Shown: positions 1-8,929 of the stretch, piece by piece | How the letters are laid out: the number at the start of each line of letters is the position of its first letter | How positions within the stretch are numbered: the first letter of the stretch is position 1 | Assembly (NCBI GenBank): GCA_963703315.1 | Contig: OY969811.1 | Coordinates: forward strand, 4,032,001 to 4,096,000 | Direction of reading: 5' to 3' | Source: an uncultured cyanobacterium | GTDB taxonomy: Bacteria; Cyanobacteriota; Cyanobacteriia; Pseudanabaenales; Pseudanabaenaceae | DNA: 64,000 nucleotides | The notes under the pieces: generated by a model | The model's database searches: none | Told to the model about the DNA's origin: nothing | Seen by the model: only the letters and a program-made list of their open reading frames with translations | Translations under genes and position numbers: made by a program

Positions 1-2
1 TT

Positions 3-332
3 CAAATTATTATTCCAGAAATTGTTGATTACGAAGTTAGGCGAGAGTTGTTGAGAGCAAATAAGGTTAAGGGGCTGGCAAGGTTAGATGAGTTGATTGA
101 TTCTTTGGAATATTTGCCAATTAATACGGAAGCAATGCGTCAAGCGGCAGTTTTTTGGGCAGAAGCGCGTCAAAAGGGACAACCAACGGCTTCGGATAAG
201 ACTATTGATGCGGATATGATTTTAGTTGCTCAAGTGTTTGTGATGGATGTTCAAAATAAGGTTATTGCGACAACTAATGTCGGTCACTTGTCTCGTTTTG
301 TAGCTGCTGATATATGGCAAAACATCTTATAG
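3..332 (+). CDS. PIN-domain (VapC-like) toxin, 5'-truncated by window edge
   Basis: Frame open from nt 3 (QIIIPEIVDYEVRRELLR...); PIN motifs 'IDADMILVAQ' and 'IATTNVGHL'. Confidence 0.8.
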   Translation, partial: QIIIPEIVDYEVRRELLRANKVKGLARLDELIDSLEYLPINTEAMRQAAVFWAEARQKGQPTASDKTIDADMILVAQVFVMDVQNKVIATTNVGHLSRFVAADIWQNIL

Positions 333-595
333 CTTTTTACTTCTTTCCATTTAACGAGTAAGGGAAGGGTTTGGGTCAAGATTGATGAGGGGATGATGGA
401 TTTGCTATGGTGAAATGCTGAACATCGGATTTGTCTATCGGATTTGTCCATCGCATAGGAAGAATACTTAATGCGGGTATTTTTGATCGCGCTTTGCCAC
501 TTATCAAATTGTTCTGTCAGTATGAAAAATTAAAGGTGGTAAATGATATAATTCGTGGCGATTAGCGAAAAAAATATAAACTCGTTGAAATCACT

Positions 596-973
596 ATGGC
601 TTCAGATTCCAGCATTAAATTTACGATCGCCTTTAACGATCCTGACCTTGACTCAGAGGAACTAGATGAACAGGCGCAACGCCTTGTGTCTGAGTTGAAG
701 CAAATCGATGAAGTCGATGAGGTAAATCGTGTAATTGATCCAAATCCGCCAGAGGGTAATAAATCAATGGGTGGTTTTTTAGTGGGGTTGCTGATGGCTG
801 AGGTGAGTGCGGCTAATGCGAAAAAGCTTTTGGGCTTTCTAGGCGATCGCCTTGGCGGTAAGGCGATCGAGTTTACGGTGGAGGGCAATGGTAAGAAGTT
901 GTCGGTGAAGGCAAATAGCCGTGAAGAACTGGAATCTGCGATTAAGGCGGCTCAAGACTTTTTGGCGGCGTAG
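596..973 (+). CDS. Small protein upstream of caspase, EACC1-like (effector-associated constant component)
   Basis: 125 aa, acidic N-terminus, 'PPEGNKS' turn followed by hydrophobic helix; 25 nt upstream of a C14 caspase, the usual EACC1 context. Confidence 0.6.
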   Translation: MASDSSIKFTIAFNDPDLDSEELDEQAQRLVSELKQIDEVDEVNRVIDPNPPEGNKSMGGFLVGLLMAEVSAANAKKLLGFLGDRLGGKAIEFTVEGNGKKLSVKANSREELESAIKAAQDFLAA

Positions 974-998
974 GTAACTCTCATTTAGGTGAAAGGTC

Positions 999-2942
999 AT
1001 GGCTAAGGTTGCATTGTTGATTGGGGTTAGTGAGTATGAAGTGGGGTTAAATCCTTTACCTGCGGCGGTGAAGGATGTTGTGGCTTTGGAGCGCATCCTC
1101 AAGGACTCAGAGATGGGTGACTTTGATGAGGTGAAAATTTTAACTAACCCTGAGCCTCAAACAATGCAATATGAGGTTGAGACTTTATTTACAAGTTGTG
1201 GCAAGGACGATTTTGTATTGTTGTTCTTTTCGGGACATGGGATTAAGGATGAGTCGAATAATCTTTACTTTGCTACCCGTATTACTAAAAAATCGCCAAA
1301 GGGCAATCTGATCAAGTCAACTGCTGTACCTGCAAAGTTTATCCATGATGTGATGAATGGTAGCCGTGCTAAGCGACAAGCAATTATTTTGGACTGTTGT
1401 TTTAGTGGTGCTTTCGATCCATCTTTGCAGTCTAAGGATGATGGCTCGGTAAATTTACAAGATCAGTTAGGGGCTGAAGGTCGGGTGGTGTTGACTTCTT
1501 CTAGTTCTACGCAGTATTCCTTTGAACAGCAAGGTTCGGATCTATCGCTTTATACTCGTTACTTGATTGAGGGGATCGAGACAGGAGCAGGCGATCGCGA
1601 TGAAGATGGCAAAATCTCGGTGCGGGAGTTGCATGATTATGCAACAAGTAAGGTACAGGAAACTGCGCCTAATATGACCCCGAAGTTAATCACGCTCAAG
1701 GATTTGGGCTTTGATTTGGTGTTAGCGAAGGCAAAAGTCACCGATCCTAGTTTGAGATATCGCAGACAAGTTGCAAGATATAGCAGTCGGGGGAGCATTT
1801 CTTCAATTGGGCGGACGATTCTCGACCAACTTCAAACTCAGTTAGGCTTATCAGCACAGGTTACTAAAGAAATTGAAACTGAGGTTTTGCGTCCTTATCA
1901 AGAGCGTTTGGACAATATACAACGATATCAACAAGCCTTCGCAAATTCTGTGAAGCATGAATATCCATTGAGTCGTTACGTCCAGTCTGAGCTTGAGGAT
2001 TTGTTAGAAATATTGGGATTAAGACGTGAAGATGTAGACTCGATTGAACAAGAAATTATTGCTCAAACTGCTCAAAGATCGGAAGCTACACGCGAAGATT
2101 ATAAACAGAAGTTACAACGTTATGAAAAAGAACTTCGCCGTGCAGTTGAAGCTGAGTATCCTTTGAGTACTTATTCTCGTAACGGTTTAAATGATTTCCA
2201 AAAGTCTTTAGGATTAAAGTTTGAAGATATAGATCTCCTTGAGCGTCCTTTGCTTGATGCTAAAGAAACTGAGCGTCAGCAACAATTGGAAGCCGAACAA
2301 CAGAAGAAAAAGCTGGATCAAGAGAACCTAAATCTACAAAAAGAACTTGAGTATCAACGAAATTTAAATCGGAATTTAGAAACAGAACGTATGAGACAGG
2401 CTGAAATATCAGAACGACAAAACCAGTATGAAGATGATGAACAGATAGTTTCTAGAAATAGAAGCAGAGCAGAAATCCCATCTCACCAATTGCATAAATA
2501 TATATGGCAAAGATCGTTTGCATTTGTAGTAGATGCTTCGATTTCTATTGGGGCTGCTACAGCATTAGGACTAACTATTTTCAATTCAATAGAAAGTAAT
2601 AATGGTGGTTTTATTGGAAAAACTGGCGACTACATAACTAGTGTTAGAATTGTTTCGTGTATTCCTGCAATCTTTTTTATAATTCTTTACCATATATTAT
2701 TTGAGATTTCGCCTGCCAGAGCAACTATAGGTAAATTGATATTTGGCTTAAGAGTAACCGACCTTCATGGAAGGAGAATTGGCTTTTTTAGATCGTTACT
2801 TCGTTTTGCTGTCAAATCTGGATCAATTGCTGCTTGGGGGATAGGGATTATATATTTAGTAATAGCTCTAATTAGCTTAAAGAAAAAGCAAGCTATTCAT
2901 GATCTAATAATGGGTTCCGTAGTTGTGATAAAAGAGAAGTAG
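999..2942 (+). CDS. Caspase-like peptidase C14 with helical repeats and C-terminal RDD membrane domain
   Basis: N-terminal 'KVALLIGVSEY', catalytic His (FSGHG) and Cys (LDCCFSG); three 'RY...LGL..E/D..IE' repeats; C-terminal 'WQRSFAFVVD...ATIGKLIFGLRV...QAIHDL' RDD pattern. Confidence 0.85.
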   Translation: MAKVALLIGVSEYEVGLNPLPAAVKDVVALERILKDSEMGDFDEVKILTNPEPQTMQYEVETLFTSCGKDDFVLLFFSGHGIKDESNNLYFATRITKKSPKGNLIKSTAVPAKFIHDVMNGSRAKRQAIILDCCFSGAFDPSLQSKDDGSVNLQDQLGAEGRVVLTSSSSTQYSFEQQGSDLSLYTRYLIEGIETGAGDRDEDGKISVRELHDYATSKVQETAPNMTPKLITLKDLGFDLVLAKAKVTDPSLRYRRQVARYSSRGSISSIGRTILDQLQTQLGLSAQVTKEIETEVLRPYQERLDNIQRYQQAFANSVKHEYPLSRYVQSELEDLLEILGLRREDVDSIEQEIIAQTAQRSEATREDYKQKLQRYEKELRRAVEAEYPLSTYSRNGLNDFQKSLGLKFEDIDLLERPLLDAKETERQQQLEAEQQKKKLDQENLNLQKELEYQRNLNRNLETERMRQAEISERQNQYEDDEQIVSRNRSRAEIPSHQLHKYIWQRSFAFVVDASISIGAATALGLTIFNSIESNNGGFIGKTGDYITSVRIVSCIPAIFFIILYHILFEISPARATIGKLIFGLRVTDLHGRRIGFFRSLLRFAVKSGSIAAWGIGIIYLVIALISLKKKQAIHDLIMGSVVVIKEK

Positions 2943-2978
2943 TTCTAAAATTTTGAAGGCTAAAAAGGAGTGATTTTT

Positions 2979-3122
2979 ATGACTATTCGCGAAAAACCCA
3001 TTGCTATATTACAGCGACTTTCTGAATCACTTCTACAAGAAATAACTGACTTCATTAATTTTTTCATCCACAAACATCAAACTCAAATAAAAGCCATGCG
3101 ATATAATGAAATTGTAGTTTAG
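2979..3122 (+). pseudogene. Short DUF2281-like antitoxin remnant (47 aa)
   Basis: AAGGAG RBS, then MTIREKPIAILQRLSESLLQEITDFINF... resembling the DUF2281 'L.E..DFI.F' motif; appears truncated. Confidence 0.4.
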
Positions 3123-3218
3123 GTACTTAACTATGCAAGCAAACACAATTCAATCCGATGTCAAATCCGAACAAAGAATACTAGAAAAAATGGTAATGTG
3201 TCACATTTGTTGGAGCGT

Positions 3219-3608
3219 TCAATGGGATTGAAACGAAAACTCATATCTGTTGATAAACAGACCAATGACAATATCATGCATCACAATCGATTTAGAAAAG
3301 CAAATCGTCTTTCTAGCTAAACGCTTAATCCTCGTTCTCAAAGTTAGATGCTTTCGTTCAATCTTCTGAGTATTTTTCTTGCCGATTAGGTGAGTGTGAG
3401 GATCAAGAATCCTTTCGTATGCACCCCATGCATCGGTGAAAAAATGCTTGATTCCAAACGGTTTTAGCAAATTCACGAGCTTAACCAAGGCTTCATCTTT
3501 ATGCGGAGCTAAAACATAAGCTAAGACCCTTCCAGTCACATGATCAATAGCGTGCCACAGCCATCTTTGCTGTTTCTTGCTGCCAACAAAACTCCACATC
3601 TCATCCAT
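3219..3608 (-). CDS. insB: IS1 InsB transposase catalytic part (expressed by frameshift)
   Basis: 'DEMWSFVGSKKQQRWLW', 'FTDAWGAY', 'TQKIERKHLTLRTRIKRLARKTICFSKS'. Confidence 0.9.
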   Translation of the reverse strand: MDEMWSFVGSKKQQRWLWHAIDHVTGRVLAYVLAPHKDEALVKLVNLLKPFGIKHFFTDAWGAYERILDPHTHLIGKKNTQKIERKHLTLRTRIKRLARKTICFSKSIVMHDIVIGLFINRYEFSFQSH

Positions 3609-3679
3609 TTCTGCTTCTTCTACTTGATAAAGGTCAACATCAAGCGTTTCTATGTCAAGTTGCTCTAGCAGAGAATAGT

Positions 3680-3967
3680 TTACAGATTCGATGTCTTCCT
3701 CTTTTTTTTTAACTCTTTGATGACAGTATTCGGACTAATCTTTAATACTCGACTTGTATCTCTAATGCCACTGCCATTGACCGCCATTTCTGACACTTGC
3801 TCTTTTACTTCTGGACGATACCCTTGATAGGTGTAATCAAGAATAAACGTCTTTCGCATACATTCTATGTTTAAGCAAATGTATCGTTTTTTACCTGTGG
3901 CACTTTGTCCATGTCGGTGGATGTTTACACCTCCGCAGGTTGGACATTCGACTACTTCAAATACCAT
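3680..3967 (-). CDS. insA: IS1 InsA (Zn finger + HTH)
   Basis: CPTC...C..C zinc motif, 'GSGIRDTSRVLKISPNTV' HTH; A9G slippery run at about 3701-3710 (minus strand) for -1 frameshift into insB. Confidence 0.9.
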   Translation of the reverse strand: MVFEVVECPTCGGVNIHRHGQSATGKKRYICLNIECMRKTFILDYTYQGYRPEVKEQVSEMAVNGSGIRDTSRVLKISPNTVIKELKKKRKTSNL

Positions 3968-4192
3968 CTTTTTTTCCTACTTATTCTTACCCTTGTTACT
4001 ATACCTTCCAACAAGTCTGACACATTACCGAAAAAATACGCAAGCTTCCATTCGATAAAATTGTTGAATTAGAAAACTTTATCGACTTCCTCTATCAACG
4101 CGCAAACCATTCTCAAGACCTAGTAACCGCATCCACTAAACTCTCAGAAGCTAGTTTTGCCAAAATATGGGACAACCCCGAAGATGCCGCCT

Positions 4193-4553
4193 ATGACAAC
4201 CTATAGTTTTGGTGATGTGCTTTTAGTCCCATTTCCATTTACCGACCAAACCACAACCAAAAAACGCCCAACAATCGTTATTAGCTCAAATACCTACAAC
4301 CGACAAAAGCCAGACATCCTTTTAATTGCAGTCACCAGCCAAATCAATACGCAATTAGAATTTGGTGAAATGCTCATAGATGAATGGGAAAAAGCAGGTT
4401 TGATAAAGCTTTCAGCAGTTAAGCCCATCATTACAACCCTTGAAAAACATCTTGTTAATTAAAAAACTTGGCAAATTAGAAACAAAAGATATTCAGTCAT
4501 TAAAGAACTTGCTGCAACAAATTATAGGTGCAAAAATTTCTAAACCTCTCTAA
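4193..4553 (+). pseudogene. PemK/MazF-family toxin, frameshifted
   Basis: MTTYSFGDVLLVPFPFTD...KKRPTIVIS; stop at 4460-4462, but the +1 frame continues IKKLGKLETKDIQSLKNLLQQII, the typical MazF C-terminus. Confidence 0.8.
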
Positions 4554-4570
4554 AAATAAGGAAAATAACC

Positions 4571-4873
4571 ATGATGCAAACAACTTTTCAAAATATTGAA
4601 GAAAGCTTGAAGCAACTACCTCATTCTTTACAGATTAAAATATTTCATTATATTGAATTTCTCAAGAGCAATCATGCGAAGCAAAGTAATAGTAATGTTA
4701 CTCAATCTCTTGAACCAAATTATACAGAAGGTTCAGAAGTAAAACAACCTAAAAAACGTGATGGTTTTGGTGTCTGGCAGGGAAAGATTTCGATCTCAGA
4801 AGATTTTAATGCGCCAATGGGAGAATTTGAGGAGTATATGCGCCAATCCAAATATTGTGGAAGTGATATATGA
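4571..4873 (+). CDS. DUF2281-family antitoxin-like protein
   Basis: 'LKQLPHSLQIKIFHYIEFL' and 'KRDGFGVWQGKISISEDFNAPMGEFEEYM'. Confidence 0.75.
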   Translation: MMQTTFQNIEESLKQLPHSLQIKIFHYIEFLKSNHAKQSNSNVTQSLEPNYTEGSEVKQPKKRDGFGVWQGKISISEDFNAPMGEFEEYMRQSKYCGSDI

Positions 4874-4939
4874 ATAATTGAATCTGTGATGCATTATAAA
4901 TGCCTCAGATAAATTCTTTACCCATCACCAGAAACTTTT

Positions 4940-5335
4940 ATGCAACATGACATTCGTTGGAAACAACGCTTTTATAACTATCAAAAAGCACTCGTACAAC
5001 TTACCAAATTTATTGAAAAAGGTGAACTGAGCGAACTAGAAGAACAAGGAATAATTAAAACCTTCGAGTACACCTACGAACTCGCATGGAACGTGATTAA
5101 AGACTACTACGAAGAACAAGGAGACGTTAGCATTCAAGGCAGCCGCGATGCCTTACAGTTAGCCTTTCAACGTGGATTAATTGCTGATGGTGACAACTGG
5201 ATGAAGATGATCAAAAGTAGAATAGCCTCAGTACATACCTATAATCTCGAAGTAGCCCGACAAATCAATCAAGATATTCATGATGTCTACTTTCAGCTAT
5301 TTATCGAACTAAAAGAAAAAATGGAATCCCTATGA
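4940..5335 (+). CDS. HEPN / HI0074-family nucleotidyltransferase substrate-binding protein
   Basis: 'RWKQRFYNY', 'GIIKTFEYTYELAW', R-x4-H 'RIASVHTY'. Confidence 0.85.
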   Translation: MQHDIRWKQRFYNYQKALVQLTKFIEKGELSELEEQGIIKTFEYTYELAWNVIKDYYEEQGDVSIQGSRDALQLAFQRGLIADGDNWMKMIKSRIASVHTYNLEVARQINQDIHDVYFQLFIELKEKMESL

Positions 5336-5706
5336 ATCAGTTTGGACTAAAACCCGAAGTAATTACCCAGATTAATCAGATTTTTGCTGAATATCCTGAA
5401 ATCAGCAAAGCGATTCTCTATGGTTCTCGTGCTAAGGGAAATTATAAAAATGGTTCTGATATTGATTTAACCTTAATTAGCGATCGCCTCAACCATCGGC
5501 AACTACTGCAAATTCAAAATCAAATTGATGACTTACTTTTACCCTATTCCGTAGATTTATCAATCTTTAGTTCCATCGATAATTTACACCTGATCGAACA
5601 TATTGATAGAATAGGAGTCACTTTCTATGAGAGAACAATCTCAGAGTCAACTATATCTCCCAAGATTTCGCCACTTCCTTGCATGACACCAAAAGCAGGA
5701 CGTTAA
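5332..5706 (+). CDS. Minimal nucleotidyltransferase (MNT) antitoxin
   Basis: 'LYGSRAKG...SDIDL' Pol-beta motif; ATGA overlap with HEPN gene. Confidence 0.85.
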   Translation: MNQFGLKPEVITQINQIFAEYPEISKAILYGSRAKGNYKNGSDIDLTLISDRLNHRQLLQIQNQIDDLLLPYSVDLSIFSSIDNLHLIEHIDRIGVTFYERTISESTISPKISPLPCMTPKAGR

Positions 5707-5879
5707 TTGTGAATGGCACTGGAACTGGACAGTTAAAGCTTGATCGACGTATTTGCATCTTTTTTATCGTCATGAAATGGATGTTTCCGCGACTATCCCC
5801 GCTTAGTTGACCAATGCCAAATATCCTCTAGCCGTTTGCATTTGTTAAAATATAAAAAAATCTCCTATCCCCTAAAAAC

Positions 5880-6479
5880 ATGATTGCGGCTAGAGAAAAT
5901 TTTCCTCAACTCACTCCTCAAGAATACTTTGCTTGGGAAGAACAGCAACTACACAAGCACGAATATATCGAAGGTCAAGTCTATGCCATGAGTGGAGGCA
6001 GTGTTAATCATGGACGCATTGCCATCCGATTTACTTCTATGTTTGATTCTCACTTAGAGGGTAGTAGCTGCATCATCGGTAACTCTGATATTAAAGTTAA
6101 GGTTGTCACAACGGAAAACTACACTTACCCCGATGTCAGCGTCACCTGTGACGATCGCGATAAACTCACCACTCAATACATTACCTATCCATCCCTAATT
6201 GTTGAAGTTTTATCGCCCAGTACCGAAGCCTATGATCGCGGTGGTAAGTTTAGACTATACGCAAATAATCCCATATTACGGGACTATCTATTAGTTAGCT
6301 CTACCAGCATCGAAATAGACCTCTATCATAAAAAAGATAATGGTGAATGGATCATTATCAACTACAAAGAAGGCGACATGATTGAGCTAAAGAGCATCAA
6401 TCTCACCTTTGCGATCGCCCAAATTTATCAAGGACTCACACTTACTCCAGAAAATCCAAAAAATATAGATGTGGCGTAA
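5880..6479 (+). CDS. Uma2-family (DUF820) endonuclease
   Basis: 'HEYIEGQVYAM', 'YPDVSV', 'LIVEVLSPST...DRGGKF'. Confidence 0.9.
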   Translation: MIAARENFPQLTPQEYFAWEEQQLHKHEYIEGQVYAMSGGSVNHGRIAIRFTSMFDSHLEGSSCIIGNSDIKVKVVTTENYTYPDVSVTCDDRDKLTTQYITYPSLIVEVLSPSTEAYDRGGKFRLYANNPILRDYLLVSSTSIEIDLYHKKDNGEWIIINYKEGDMIELKSINLTFAIAQIYQGLTLTPENPKNIDVA

Positions 6480-6491
6480 GCTACGCCGCAT

Positions 6492-8867
6492 CTATATTTT
6501 TTGGATTGGTGCAATTTTAGGATCGATGATTTTTTTGCCTTGCCCTGCGAAGGCTACGGCTAAATACATCTTGTCACCAGTACCTAATAAGTTCGAGACT
6601 TGACCTTCGCCAAACTTGTCGTGCATCACGCGATCGCCTACTTGCCAATTGACACTAGGACGAGGCTTAACCGCATTTGCCTTGACAGGGGCAACGGTTC
6701 GCAGAGATCCCTTGACACTAGTAGCTTCAGCACGTTGACTTGCTTTACTGATAAATTTATCGATACCATGTCCTGTTAAGTATTCCTTTGGTAATTCGGC
6801 TAGGAATTGGGAAGGAATCGCATATTCGCGGTTGCCATAGAGTCGGCGGGCTTGGGCATGACTCAGGAAGAGTTTCTCTTGAGCGCGAGTGATGCCCACA
6901 TACATGAGGCGACGTTCTTCTTCGAGAGCCATTGGATCATTAATGGAACGGAAACTAGGGAATAGTCCCTGCTCTAAACCAACAAGGAAGACTACAGGAA
7001 ATTCTAATCCTTTGGCAGCATGGAGCGTCATCAGGGTGACTTTCTCAGCATTCTCGCTACTGTCATCAAGACTAGAGGCAAGGGCAGCATTGGCTAAGAA
7101 TGCATCAAGGGAAGCATCTTCATTCTCTTCTGCAAACTGGACTGCTGCGTTATAGAGTTCTTGCAAGTTGGCAATGCGATCGTTGGCTTCATCATTACTC
7201 TGGGCCTTCAATTCATCAACATAGCCTGATTCCGCAAGAATGCCTTGAATGATGTCAGCCGCAGGAGTGACAGGTACTTTCTCTTGCCATTTTTGCATTA
7301 ATTCGACAAAGGAGAGAACACCCCGCGCCGATCGCCCTGCTAATGTTTTAACTGTAGTCTCATCGCTGATGATTTCCCAGATCGGGACGCTCAGTTCTTG
7401 GGCGGCTTGTTGGAGCTTATCGAGAGTAGCTTTGCCGATACTACGTTTAGGAACATTGATGATTCGCATCAAGCCGAGGGTGTCGGAGGGATTGGAAAGT
7501 AAGCGCAAATAGGAGAGAACATCTTTGATTTCTTTGCGATCGTAGAAACGTAAGCCGCCTACGACTTTGTAAGGAATATTCCAACGCACTAGCATTTCTT
7601 CAAAGGGACGAGACTGGGCGTTGGTGCGATAGAGGATTGCGAAATGTCCAAGATTGGCGCTAGGATTTTTCGATTTAACGCGGCGGATTTGTTCGATTAC
7701 AAATTGGGCTTCATCAACTTCATCATCGGCACGGAATAACTCAATCAAGTCACCATCGGGTCTAGTTGCTTTGAGGACTTTATCAATACGTTGGGAGTTG
7801 TGATCAATCAGTTGATTTGCGAGTTCCAGAATATTTGCGACAGAGCGATAGTTCTCTTCTAGCTTGATCATTGTGCCAGTGTGATCATCGGGTAGGCGAT
7901 CGCCAAAAGCCTCTTGAAACTCCATCAAAATGGTGAAGTCGGCAGAACGGAAGCTATAAATCGATTGATCTGCGTCACCAACCACAAAAATAGAACGATT
8001 TTCCCAAGTGGGTTTGACATCATTCGTGGCAAGCAAACGAATCAAATCGTACTGGGTGCGATTGGTATCTTGATATTCATCAACGAGAATATGCTTAAAG
8101 CGATCGTGCCAATAGTTGAGAACTTCAGGATTTTGCTGGAATAAACGGACTGGTAAAAAGATTAAATCATCAAAATCAAGGGCGTTATTGGTAGCTAGTT
8201 GATTTTGATAGAGATTGTAAACCTGTGCGATCGCCCGTTTGCGAAAGGGTGAATCATCACTTTGCTTTTCGTATTCTTCGGGAGTCCAGCCTTTGTTTTT
8301 AGCATTACCGATCGCAAAGCGGACTGATTTTGGTTCAAATTTCTTTTCATCAAGATTCAGTTGATTAATCACAATATCTTTAACCAAAGATTGCGCGTCC
8401 GAATCATCGAAAATCGAAAAGTTCTTTGCCCAGCTTCTACCATTGCTATCTTTGTACTTATCAATATCTAGCCGCAAAATCCGACAGCACATACTATGAA
8501 AAGTCCCCATCCATAGCCCATCTTGAGCAAAACTATTGATATAGCGCTTATAAACTTTTTTACGAAGTTTATCCTGTTCCCATTCCGCAATTTCGCTGAG
8601 AGCCTTACCTAATTCTCTTTGAGCAATTTCTTGAGTTAACAAAGATTGAATGCGTTCATTCATTTCTTTGCCAGCTTTATTTGTAAACGTCACCGCTAAG
8701 ATTTGCTCAGGCGCAACATCGTGATTGAGCATTAAGTTGGCGATGCGATAGGTCAATGTCCTTGTTTTTCCCGACCCCGCACCTGCAACCACTAGCATTG
8801 GTCCGTGAAGATGGCTGGCTGCTTTTTGTTGAGCAGGGTTGAGATGATGCAAAAAATTGGAACTCAT
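6492..8867 (-). CDS. pcrA: ATP-dependent DNA helicase PcrA/UvrD
   Basis: 'AGAGSGKT', 'VDEYQDTN', 'VGDADQSIYSFR', 'TLHAAKGLEF', 'EERRLMYVGITRA'. Confidence 0.95.
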   Translation of the reverse strand: MSSNFLHHLNPAQQKAASHLHGPMLVVAGAGSGKTRTLTYRIANLMLNHDVAPEQILAVTFTNKAGKEMNERIQSLLTQEIAQRELGKALSEIAEWEQDKLRKKVYKRYINSFAQDGLWMGTFHSMCCRILRLDIDKYKDSNGRSWAKNFSIFDDSDAQSLVKDIVINQLNLDEKKFEPKSVRFAIGNAKNKGWTPEEYEKQSDDSPFRKRAIAQVYNLYQNQLATNNALDFDDLIFLPVRLFQQNPEVLNYWHDRFKHILVDEYQDTNRTQYDLIRLLATNDVKPTWENRSIFVVGDADQSIYSFRSADFTILMEFQEAFGDRLPDDHTGTMIKLEENYRSVANILELANQLIDHNSQRIDKVLKATRPDGDLIELFRADDEVDEAQFVIEQIRRVKSKNPSANLGHFAILYRTNAQSRPFEEMLVRWNIPYKVVGGLRFYDRKEIKDVLSYLRLLSNPSDTLGLMRIINVPKRSIGKATLDKLQQAAQELSVPIWEIISDETTVKTLAGRSARGVLSFVELMQKWQEKVPVTPAADIIQGILAESGYVDELKAQSNDEANDRIANLQELYNAAVQFAEENEDASLDAFLANAALASSLDDSSENAEKVTLMTLHAAKGLEFPVVFLVGLEQGLFPSFRSINDPMALEEERRLMYVGITRAQEKLFLSHAQARRLYGNREYAIPSQFLAELPKEYLTGHGIDKFISKASQRAEATSVKGSLRTVAPVKANAVKPRPSVNWQVGDRVMHDKFGEGQVSNLLGTGDKMYLAVAFAGQGKKIIDPKIAPIQKI

Positions 8868-8929
8868 GGGTGCAGGAGGGAGAAACTTAGGTAGACTCTA
8901 ATACAGTATGCCAAAAATACAGTACTAAC

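Larger units (their letters stand above)
3192..4029 (-). mobile_element. IS1-family insertion sequence (838 bp) with 8-bp target duplication
   Basis: Terminal inverted repeats GGTAATGTGTCAcAtTTGTTGGA / TCCAACAAgTcTGACACATTACC; direct repeat GAAAAAAT at 3184-3191 and 4030-4037; insA/insB ORFs inside. Confidence 0.95.
3133..4206 (+). pseudogene. Antitoxin (DUF2281-like) interrupted by IS1
   Basis: Removing 3192-4037 restores MQANTIQSDVKSEQRILEKIRKLPFDKIVELENFIDFLYQR...SFAKIWDNPEDAAYDNL*, whose end overlaps the start of the PemK toxin. Confidence 0.8.

Noticed and set aside
360..510. Possible YoeB/Txe-like toxin remnant with tandem ATCGGATTTGTC duplication
   Set aside because: Only a faint 'EHR..Y/HRI' resemblance across frameshifts; cannot be supported without a search.
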